The notes under the pieces are model-generated. The model was not told where the DNA came from. It saw nothing but the letters and a program-made list of their open reading frames with translations, and searched no databases. Positions 13,401 through 25,100 of a stretch of DNA of 64,000 nucleotides are shown here, in pieces. The position numbers and the translations under genes are program-made. The stretch comes from Veleropilina oligotropha (taxonomy: Eukaryota): positions 1-64,000 of the forward strand of contig JBEUKZ010000002.1 in NCBI GenBank assembly GCA_048128005.1, written 5' to 3'. How positions within the stretch are numbered: position 1 is the stretch's first letter; each line of letters opens with the position of its first letter.

Positions 13401-14391
13401 ATGGGATAAAGTTAGAATGGAAACCAGTACTAAGTGGAGTCCCACAAGGTTCTGTTTTGGGACCATTGTTGTTTCTCATATATTTAAATGATATTGATGA
13501 CGTCATTACATCTCTAGTAAAAAAGTTTGCAGACGATACCAAGCTGTACAGAATTATCGAAACAGAAGAAGATGCAAGGAAACTTCAAGGTGATTTAAAT
13601 AATGTGAGGACTGGCAAATGGTTTTCAACACCAGCAAATGTAAAGTAATGCATGTGGGTTATAATAACAATACCTATAATTATGAAATGGGTTCAGAAGC
13701 TTTACAATAAATGGCCAAAGAAGAAGATTTGGGTGTATGGGTAGACAAGACATTTAAACCATCAAATCAATGTGCAGAGTCAGCTAAAAAGTGAAATCAA
13801 ATATTGGGAATGATAAAGAGAAATTTTGATTTTAAATCTAAAGCCATCATAACTCGCCTATACAAGCAAATGGTTAGACCGCATTTAGAATATGCAGTGC
13901 AAGCATGGTGTCCATGTCTTGCAAAGGATATCAATATAATAGAACAAGTTCAAGGAAGAGCCACAAAATTGATAGGAGAATTGAGAGAATTACCATATGA
14001 GGAGAGACTAAGAGCTCTGAACCTCACAACATTATCTTTGAGAAGGATAAGAGGTGATATGATTCAGGTGTTTAAAATGTTTACAGGAAAATAGTTTCTT
14101 TTTTCAGATGAACCAAAGGCATACCCGGGGGCATCAATACAAGATTTACAAAAAACGATTCCGACTAGACGTTAGAAAACACTTTTTCTCAAATCGGGTT
14201 GTCGATGAATGGAATGCTCTTCCTAATAATGTTGTGGAATCGACATCTGTAATCCAATTTAAAAATCGCCTAGATGAGCATTTTAAGAAGAAGGGCAGGT
14301 TATAGAGGACAAGACAACTCAATGGGCTTTTATAAGAGTGGCAGTAATGCGCTTTCTAAACCCAAACATATTATATTTAATCTATTTAATC
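10462..14391 (+). mobile_element. CR1-clade LINE, near full length, inserted in opposite orientation into the older LINE
   Basis: ORF1 with SGNH esterase motifs (IGSSIVR, CLPGAKIEDI, GTNN, DGLHPS; stop at 11117-11119); ORF2 APE + RT (FADDTKL, VRPHLEYAVQAW); (tttaatcta)n tail; taat flanks both ends. Confidence 0.88.
11545..14305 (+). pseudogene. CR1 ORF2 (APE-RT) with several frameshifts and stops
   Basis: Fragments 11545-12537, 12839-13648, 13804-14094 and 14108-14305 are collinear with CR1 pol. Confidence 0.85.
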
Positions 14392-16944
14392 TAATAGGTA
14401 AACCTCTGTACCAGTAAGAACATGCATAGTCAAAGTGACACAGAATCAATGCAGATGCTAGCAATATGCGCGAATGTGTGTCCAAGTGATTTCTGACTCT
14501 AAAAATAAATTTAAGTCTGGATGAGGTCGTTTTTATTACTTTTTCTGCCATTATCTTACCCGAAAGTGATTGATCTAAGGTAGCACCAAAGGTATTTGAT
14601 ATTATTATTTGCTGAGATTTTGTTGCCTTTACAGTAAATATCTAGTGCGTCGGGTTTGGCTAATCTTGGTTTTGTCCCAAATAGAATTGATTCTGTCTTG
14701 CCAAAGTGAATTGAGAGTTTGTTGTCAACTAACCAATTATAAATGGATTCTAATTCACTGCTAAGAGTGGATTGAATATAATTTATATTGCTACTTGAAA
14801 CTAACAGAACTGTGTCATCGTCATATAATAAAAGCTTACAAGAAACAGCAGATGGCATATCAGTAACATATAGCGAAAACAACAAAGGGTCAAGTATGGA
14901 ACCTTGTGGTACTCCACAATTGATTGAATTTGGTTCTGAGATATCGCCATCCATATCAACTACTTGTTTTCTATCACACAAATAGGACTTGAACCACTGA
15001 ACAGCATTATTATTTAGCCCACAAGCACTTATTTTGTTGAGAAGAATATCATGGTTGACTGTGTCAAAAGCCTTTTGAAGATCTAGGATGACCATACCAG
15101 TATAATTACCATTATCCATTTCTTTGCGAATATGGTCAGTCATGTGGATCAGGCAAGTGTCAGTAGAATAGCCATGTCGAAAGCCTGATTGAAATTCGTA
15201 TGTTAACCTGTTTTCATTTAAATAACCCTCAAGCTGATTATACACTGATCTTTCTAAAATTTTAGATATTATGCTAAGAACGGAGATTGGGCGGTAATTG
15301 CTTTCATCAGTTTTCTTGCCCTTTTTGTGTATTGGCACTACGCGAGCGGACTTTAGATCAGACGGTACTTGACTGTAGTGTAACGACAAGTTAATGACAT
15401 GAGTAAGGGGGGGGGGGAAATAATCTGGGAAGCACCATATTTGATAAATATAGCTGGTATATGGTCTAGCCCAGTAGCGTTATTATTGTTTATACTGTTA
15501 ATGATTTGCATTTTTTCGGTAGAAGCGCTTGACATGACCAGCACCATATATGCCAGATATTTTAGGAAGTTTGTCAACTAGAGTTTTTGCTATTGTTGTG
15601 AAAAAATCATTAAATCGTTTTGCTACTTTTGATTTAACAAAGCAAATCTCGTTATCAATATTTAAGCCAATGTTTGATTTTGAAGCTGAGGATTTTTTGG
15701 AGGGTGCGCCAAGACCTTTCAATGTTTTCCATAAGTTCTTAGAGTCATTTTTGTTTTCTTCGATTGTACTTTTAAGGTATGATGATTTTGCATCAGAGAC
15801 TAATGTATTAACTTTATTACGCAGGGCTTTGGACTCGTCGAAATGATCACTAAATTTTGACCTTTTAAATTGCAAAAATCGCTAATTACGTTGTCTTATA
15901 GCAACTAGGATTTCGTTATTGATCCAAGGTTCGGTACGCTGTGGTGCTACACTATCAATGATAGACAAGAATTTATGCTTTAAGAGTTGCCAGGCATTTT
16001 CCAGCTGATTACATAATATAACATCATCCCAGTTTACATCAAGTAATTTCATTTGAAAAACAAATGGTGTATAATTTTTCATTGATCTGTTTTTAACTGT
16101 CTTATGTTGGTTGAATTTAAGTTTGGGCAATTTTCTAGTACAATAGGTAATGCAGTGATCACTGATGCCAGCAGAAATAACACCTGATTGACTAATCTTA
16201 TCATGATTGGATACATAAATAAGATCTATTGTCGAAGATGAATTTGGGGTGATTCGGGTATAATCAGAAATGATTTGTTTAAGGTCAAACATGTGTGTGA
16301 ACTGCTTTTGAGAATTACAAAGGCTGGTATTCAACTTCGAAGCAGATAAATCACAATTAAAATCGCCTAAAATAAAGATTCAATGACAATAAAACTGTCA
16401 CAATTAATAAAGACTTCTTCCAGCATTGAGTAGAAATAAGCCTGAGTTGGAGGTCGGTAACAAATTCCAACAAGAAGGGGTTTGGATTTAGGAAGCAAAA
16501 AGTCAATCCATAGAGTTTCTAAGTCTTCGGTCAATAAGTCCGGTCTGGGGTTGAAGGCAATATCAGACCGTATGTAAACGCACACACCACTACCACCTCG
16601 ATTCCTATCTCGTCTGTGTATTATATAGTTATTAATACCGACTTCTTTATCTGACACTGAACTGTCGAGCCATGATTCTGTGATACCTATAACGGTGACG
16701 TTTGATTCCACTGCAATCAGGCGCACTTCGTCGATCTTTGGGAGTAGACTTCGTGCGTTCATGTGCAGGCAGTGAAATCCTTTCTTATGAAAGCACTGAA
16801 ATAGCGGTTTCTAAAAGTATCAAAAGTTTTAGGAATTTAGGGAAGCAAGGGTGCACTTCAATATTCGACTGACGTAACGAATTTTAAATCGATTCATAAT
16901 AAATACATTGGCTTGCAAACAATTTTGTCGTAACAGTCATATAA

Positions 16945-17792
16945 ATAGAGGATCGCAAATGAGTGGTAATGTAATATCACATTTATGAAACGATTTTAAC
17001 TATTTTTCTTATTTTCCGAGGCTTTGCCGAGGAAAATATGAAAATTAGTTAAACGAGTTACATAAATGTGATATTAAATTACCACGAGTGTATGGTTCTA
17101 TTTATCACATGTCGCTCTTTGGGATAGAAAACAAATTACAAACTCACGAAATTGTCTTACCGGTACGAAGAATCAGCAGTAGAGTGAAAGCGACATTATG
17201 GCGTAGTGATATGTAAACAGTTTAATGCAAAAGGACATCTTGTTGACCCATTACATACATTAGTAACAATGCCCTCTAAAAAGAGTGCGAATTTTCTTTG
17301 AAAATGAACCGATGTAACGTTATATAAAATATATGAACATATTAGAATACCAATTTTCACTAAGATTTAAAACTATCTGCCAAAAACAGTAACGCGGGAT
17401 ATATGACGCCGACCGGTTCGAATCTGTCATTAATTTTGAAGTCTGCTATCGCGGATATGCTACGTACCTGCATAAATGTGGTTGTTGCGTCTGCAATCTC
17501 GTTACCTCAAAATCAGTTTCAATAATATATACCATGTTGTTGTTTTGTGGCCGTTGCTATAAATGTTTCCACTATCGCCGACATAATGTCAACATTACAG
17601 ATATTGGCGGCAATCACGTTATAACATTATAGTAAATAATACGTATTAAAAAAAGAATTGTGCTCGACCTTTAGTGACACGAATTTCCATTGGTAGTTCT
17701 AATTTCAATCATCAAATCATCCAATCACATTTCAAGCAGGCTTTATGACACGCGTGTTGCACTATGAGAAAATGACCTAGATATGTGATAAA
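16945..17792 (+). mobile_element. Non-autonomous hairpin-ended element (putatively Crypton-dependent)
   Basis: ~155-bp imperfect hairpin centred on CGAG-GCTTTGC-CGAG (17017-17031); tttatcacat (17101-17110) / atgtgataaa (17783-17792) inverted pair. Confidence 0.6.
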
Positions 17793-19103
17793 TTAGATTA
17801 TGACCTGTGCTATTACTCACACAGCTTGCTGCTGACAATCTAATAGTTATTACTGAAATCTCTATGTCTAGATATGTTGTGTACCGCGGTGGGCGGGGTT
17901 ATCCCCCCAAGTTGATATACAACTATGGGTTCAGTTGTATACGTAAATCAGTGTAATAATTGCATTTATTACTCGGGTGTTGGAGATACAGGTGTTTAGT
18001 AAACATACCATATATTATAGGTGTTGGATACACGATTGACCCCCGTCCCTCAATTTTGATTGGACAATAGCAGTCTGCTGATGTGATGTCACGTAACTAC
18101 TTTTTTCATGAAATCTGACTTGAGGAAAATCTCAACTTAAGTATCTTTATGCAAGCGGGGCCTGAAGATTGGGATAATTGTATTGACCGCAGGTCAAAAT
18201 AGAATAACATTTAGCTTGTCGGTATAGAAATTCAAATATGTCTTAGTGTAGCGATGCGCGTGTTGTTGCTGTGGGGACATCGTAAGACAAGAGAGGTCCC
18301 GACATAATCGCAACGCCACTCCGCACCTTGTCGCACCCTGTAGCGTTATCGCTGCTACAGATGCTGGGTGTATTAATTTGACTTCACGTTGTGTTCTACA
18401 TCTTTTATCTTGACCAGTCGAATCAGTAACAATTGCAAATAGATTTATTGATCAGCATAACATCATAATAGCATGGTACATCAATTGCATATTATCACTG
18501 CCAAAGTTCTATGAGTTGATCGGACACGAGTTACCCGCTAGGCTGGGGTGACTCCAGGGAGAGTGTTCCCTATAGCCATCGGGGTTCGAACCCCGAGGCT
18601 CGGCGTATGCTGACGGTATAACTGGTCTAGGCAACTGTCCAGGAATCTCTTTTTTCTAACTGTGTCTGACTCTAGCATTTATCTAATGTTAGATCCGGCC
18701 ACGTCATCCTACTACGTGCAGTGTTGCATGCATTCCATTGTCCATATTTAGACAAAGGGTAACTGTTCCTCTAACCTAATATGGCTGTCTACAGAATAGC
18801 CTGGCAGACAGAATCACGCAACTGGCAGGGTCGTGCAAGTGCGTCATAACGCCTTTCCGCTTGCATGCGTAAACAAAGTACTTGAATTTAATATATGTGT
18901 CCTGTTTGGATTCGAGGAACTGTCATAGGTCACATCTCCTTAACCCTTTTAGGCAGTAAAATATGGACACCATTTTGTTACATTAGTATGTATTGGACAA
19001 AGGGTCTTTTACGTCACCCGGCAACGTTATAAACAGACCTGGTACTTATGCATCAACTCAAAATTTTGGTAGCAGACCTACAGTGATTGATCAGCAATTG
19101 AAC

Positions 19104-22100
19104 ATGTGCGCACTTATTCGGGTTTTGGGTCTTGTGGCTTTTGCCTGCACGTTACACAATGGTAAGTGCTGCCTAGTAATCCTCAATTCACGCAACTTAT
19201 TTTACATTTTTCTTTTTTAAAGATGCTTTAAATCAGCCACGTAAAATATAATTTAAAGCAACTCATTCTCAAACTTGTTGTATGTATTTTTGCATATAGT
19301 TATGATAATTTATTGGTTATCGTATCCATACATAAAATGTAAGATATAGTAATAGATGTTTAAAACATCGATATTGAATATTGATATTCACAGCGATCTT
19401 TCATGTCGGTTTCAGGGTGTCTCGCCCGTATCAATATATAATTTATTTGCAACATTAACAATAATTTATCTGAACATAAAGTTAAACCAATAGCATATTC
19501 TATACTTTAAAAAATATTGTATACATATATTACAATTACTATGATATTGTACCATTAAAATAATCGACTTGGGCGAAACTTCCACGGCTTTGGGAGAAAT
19601 CCGCTCGATGCGAATTTACATTGGGGCGGAACTTCCGGCTATAACGTACATGGCTTCGAATTCAAAGCGATCATATAATTACTAGCCAGGGTACCCGTCT
19701 TCGACGGGTGAGTGTCCCCACCTCATCAATAACCTAATTTCTTATCTTGAACGCCTCTAACATTCCACGAAAGATCTCCACTGAGTGATAACTATGAAAA
19801 TATGAAAATTCCCCCCCCAAAAAAAAACACCACCCCCGCCCCCCAAAAAATAAAATTTGAAAGCGCCATAACCACCGCCTTGGTACCCTTAGTTCACATG
19901 CCAAATTTGGTGGAGATCGGTCGAGCCGTTTGTAACGTTATAACTGTTATGAAAATTCCCCACCCCCCCAAAAAAAAAAACCCCGCCCCCCAAAAAAAAT
20001 TTTTGAATGCGCCATAACCACCGCCTTGGTACCCTTAGTTCACATGCCAAATTTGGTGGGATCGGTCCAGCCGTTTGGGAGCCTATAGGAGACACACACA
20101 CACAGACAGACAGACAAACTCTCCACGATCATAGTATAGATTGGAATACTTTCTGTTGCATTTTAACTTGTAAATCATCAAATGAGTAGGTGATAAATAC
20201 ACACAATACCCTATTTGTAATTTTATATTGAATATAAACTACGTAACGAAGCGGAATAAGATCCACGTGCGCACCAATACGCTCCAATAAGCATCGTTAG
20301 AGATAAAATTAATTTTAAAATCATGCGTAGCTGAATACAATATGTTTTATCATGATCGAAGAGAATGTTGTAATATAAAATATTCTTGAGACAACATTGA
20401 AAATATTTAATGTTTAATCATAACTATTTTTATTAAGTTATGAATACATGCATTCATTCATATTACTTTCATTAATGTGTTAAGTTTAATTTACTCGTAA
20501 TGAAGTATAATTATGTCAATAGAGTATTTCGCATGTTCATATTCAATGTTATACGACTGCCTGCATGCTTTGAGTATTAGCATGCACTTACCCAGCTGCA
20601 TGTACGATGCTAATGATGAATTGATGTTTAGCGACCACTATGGGGTGCCGTTGTTCTTTTTATTCCAGTTTTAGATATCAAGAATTCGAATTTGTGATAT
20701 CAAAAAATCGAATTCTTGATATCACAAATTCGAATTGTTGATATCGCAAATTCGTATTCTTGATATCACAAATTCTAACTTTTATAACGGTAACGCCGAA
20801 AAGTGATTGATCCCTTGTTCGTTTACCTTCGATAAGAGAGATAATCGGATTGGAAATGGCGGCATGGTGTCGCGTGATATGTCTGTTATAGACAGGTTTG
20901 TGGACAACCACCGGGCGAACAGTAGAGAGGGGAGAAGTCATTTAATTCAAAATATGACATCGTATTTCTTGATATCAAGAAATCGAATTCCTGATAGGCA
21001 AGAAATCGAAATCTTGATATCAAGAATTAGATTTTTTATATCAATAAATATTTATTGATATCAATACTTCGAATTTGTGATATCAAGAATTAGATTTCTT
21101 GATATCATGAAATCTAATTCTTGATATCTAAAACTGGAATAAAAAGAACAACGGATCCCCATAGACCACGCCAACAGCCTTTCAGTCATAAATCGGGTAA
21201 ATCAACTTTGGATGATCAAATGGATTATTGCTGTGTGCAATGGAGGCCGATATCATTGGAAATATACCCACACCCCCGAGGATTTGACCCATGACCTTCC
21301 GTTAGTAGACCATCACAATCATGGTCCCCAGCAGCAGGGGGGGTGAGTGTACTTTTTAGAATGGGAAAATACGGCTCCCAGCACCATTTCAGAACCGAGC
21401 TGGTATTACTGTGGGGATGAATGCACCTTTTCCGACCCAACGTAGACTATATAAAGCCCCCGGGGACGGCCCACTACCCGAGCCGGCCCGGGCTCCTCAG
21501 TTATGCGAGCAGTAGCAGGGGGGGTGATTGGACTTTTTAGAATGGCAAAATAGCGGCCCGGCGAAGGCTACAGGACATCACTGAGGGCCCGCCAGCGTTT
21601 GATTTCGTACAACTCCCTTTCTACCGTCTTTGGTCTTCTTCTTATATATCGCTTGTTCACCATCGTCGAGTACAACGATCAAAACGTTATAGCCCCGGTT
21701 TAAGAGGTTTTTAACGCGCCTGAAGCTCCGTTCGCTGTACAGCGTAGGAATGTCTTCCTGCGGCATGTTGATTTCAAGTATAACTACACAGCGTCTAACA
21801 TGCCGATATAGTAGTATGTAGTAAGAGCCCGTAGGGACGGCCCACAACCCTCGCCGGCACGGGCTCTCTTTTAGACATACCCATCGGACGGGTATATCCA
21901 ATGCAAAGGATACGATGTGGGGAACGGACACCTGTCAATGGCTCACCATCAGCTCCACGGAGCTATGTGGTAAGAGATGTCTGAACACGTATTGCAAAGT
22001 CCACCTGGCTCGGCTACGGCGAAATGGCTGGGGCACAAAGCCCTGCATCAAATGCGGCAAAGGCGTCTTTAACCGGTTTACGTTGTGCCGGGGTTGTGGG

Positions 22101-25100
22101 TATCGGAATGAAGACGTTAAGGACTGGCAACGAAAGAAAAGGGCCTTCCAGAGAGAGTTTTGCCGCATGGCTGCAATCTACCACACGTAATTTCCTATTA
22201 GAGAAATGATTTGGCGTAGTGTATACCCCCCCAGCAACATGGATGACCTGCGCAATCTAGCGAAAGATTATGGGATTCCCGCTCGGTCGAAGCTCAAGAA
22301 GCACGACCTCGTCAGGGCAATCGCCAGGGTCCGTGCTGCGGAGTTTCGGAGCAGACTCGAGCGGGCGATGAAAACGGGAAGGTTCCCCTCCATACGTGGA
22401 GATGTGGAGAACCCCCACAAAAGAGGCCGACGTGCTCGCGAGTTGCGGCAGATTAAGGACGAGGTCGACGCCGCCCTGCAGGCTCGTAAATACGAATCCC
22501 AAGCTGAGAAAAATCCCAGGATTCGACTGAAGCCACTTCGCGCCATCACGGATCGAATCGTCAAGCGGTCTCGGAAAGAGACCCTTGCCCATGCTATTGC
22601 TCGGAAGGGGCCCGATCTTCTCATCTCCAAAACGCCCCGGACAGCCCAGGACTACCAGAAGGATCTTCTAGGGCAATTTACCACACCCGAGGGACAACGA
22701 TTCATCGACCTGGATGACCAGGTCCCTCCCCCAGTAAGGCTCCCAGCAAAAGAGCCATGGGTGGAACTCTTGAGCGACGCCAAAGACGAGTTTGAGGTCG
22801 ATGGCGCCGCGGCGGCTTTCTCCACATGGAGGGTAGAAGTGGACATTAAGATCGCACCAGCCCTGGATGCCCGTATGACAGATGCAAGGGCGGCACAGCT
22901 CCTCACAGCCCTTCCAAAGGGCGAGTATGTCCTTAGAATAAAGTTCTTGCGTGAGTGGAGTGAGGGCGACTGGGTGGTCGAAGACAAGTTTGACCCGGTG
23001 AAAGCTGCGAGAAAGAAGGGCCAGGGTGTCTTTGAGATCTCTCAGGACACTAAGCCGGGTGCTATCACCGGGGTCGACAAGGTCTACTACGAGAATGCCT
23101 ACCCGGTCACTGCAGTCGTCTACGGCGTCTATCCTCTCAGAGAACCAAACCCCGCCAACCTGGTTCCGATGAAGAACGGCGACCTCAACTGCGTTGCCCA
23201 ACGAGTGGTTGAGCACTTCGAAGGTGCCCTTAGAGGACACGGACTCACCCCGACAAGGCGGCAGAAAATACTGGAGTGGGAAGAGCGAGTCCATGTAACA
23301 GGCGCCACTGTGGATGATATATCCATCCTCGAGAAGATACTGAAGCGGGCGATTGTCTTGAGAGACATCGCCGGCGAGGACGTCTTCAACAGCGGAAAAT
23401 ACCAGGCCAGTATGTGGAAGTCCATAGAACTCATCTGTCACAACGGCCACGCATGGTCGAAGGACCTACACTTTCCGCAGTCTCGCGAGGTCCACCTGTA
23501 TGAGGGCGATGTCTGGGAAGCTATTCGACAAGCCACACAGAACGAGCCATTGGCTGTCTGGCTCCTAGGCGGTACAGACCGACAGCTCAACGTGAACCAG
23601 TTCGTGCTTCAGGACGGCCGCACGTACAGGACAAAAGATGATCACGAGAGACTCCAAGAAGCCTGTACAGCGCTGGGGAATGAGTCCCTAGCCGATCGAG
23701 CCTTTGGCGTGAACCATGCAGCTAGCATTATGGCCAAAGAGACCAACGGCTGGAAACCGACCCCAGCGGGCCTGCTCGATGACATCCAGAAGGCCTGTGT
23801 AGAGCATGGCCACGGCGGCCTGTGGAATTCCATGAATTACGACACGGGCGATGTCTGCTGCATCGATATGAAATCCTGCTACCCTGCAAGCTTTCTGGGG
23901 AAGGGCGAGGCTAAGCCCTATTTCGAAAGATTCGGACACCCACTCCACAGCATGACCCGGGTCGCAATTAACGGTCCTCTACCCCAAGATATCGGGACCG
24001 GGTTTGCTGAGGTCGTGGAATGGGAGTTCGCACAAGACATCCACCCCGTCATTGTAGCATGGTTCGGAAAGCACTTTGCAGAGAATGGATGGGCACCAAC
24101 CCCGCTGCTCGCATTCCTCGTAGAATCTGGACTCCTAAAAAGCCTCAAGATCCGAGAATCCATTATCGCGTTCAAAAACCAGACCGATGTCTGGCTTCCG
24201 GAGAATCGTGACCAGGGCTGCAGCATTATCGGCAAATTCACCCAAGGCGCCAAAGCCGATGGCAAAAGATTGACTCGTAGACTGGTGACCGACCAGGGTG
24301 AGCTCGACTTCCTCGTAAGAGACACCCGCCAAAGCGGCACCCTGGTTGGCGCTCCTCAGAGATGCCCCCTCGGTCACATCCTCACGTACTATGATGGCTC
24401 CCAGCCTCAGTACGCCCACCTGAGGGCATCCATGTTGGCCTATGCACACATAAACCTCTTGAGCATGCTGAAGCGTTTCAGTGCAGCAGAAGCCGTCCGG
24501 GTAGCCACGGACAGCATCTACCTCAAGAAGGCCTCGTTGGAGAAGCTCGACGATGTCACGGTGTACGTTGCCCCCAGACTCTGCGGCTGTGGCGAGAAAT
24601 CGTGCATCTCATGTCTGATCGCGGAGCCGTACCTTCCGCCAGTAGCACCAGCCCAGTGGCGTGACAAGGGCGAACAGCTGTATATGCCACAGGAACATGC
24701 CGCATACCTACCCAAGCCAGAGTATTGTTGTGCCGCCAATTCCAGCCAGCCGAGCACCGCGCCATGCTACAATGACACACTGACCCACCATCGCCTGAGT
24801 TACCTCAATGGTGGAGGGGGCTGTGGCAAGACTACGAGAGCGATCGAGCTCTTTCGGGCAAGGAATCCCGTCGTGTTCACACCAACCCACCGCCTCGCTA
24901 AAGAGATGCGGACCAGAGGCGTCAAAGCCCAGACCTACCACAGCTTCTTCCGATGGAGCGGCCAGAACGACTGGACGCCTGATCGCATGGGTCAGAAGTT
25001 CATCCCGCGCGTCATTATCTGGGACGAGGTCTGTACTGTTCCCCGGCACATCCTAGAGATGTTCTTGGACTGGCTGGGCCGCCACGAAGTGCAGGTTATC

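Larger units (their letters stand above)
9830..16800 (-). mobile_element. Decayed L2/CR1-group LINE (APE + RT), split by a nested CR1 insertion
   Basis: APE motifs NARSL, ITESWL, CYRPP, SDH (16762-15882); RT motifs NYRPIS, QSGFR, DLQKAFDTV, GVPQGSIL, YDDDT (15389-14556); C-terminal part at 10461-10036. Many stops and frameshifts. Confidence 0.85.
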
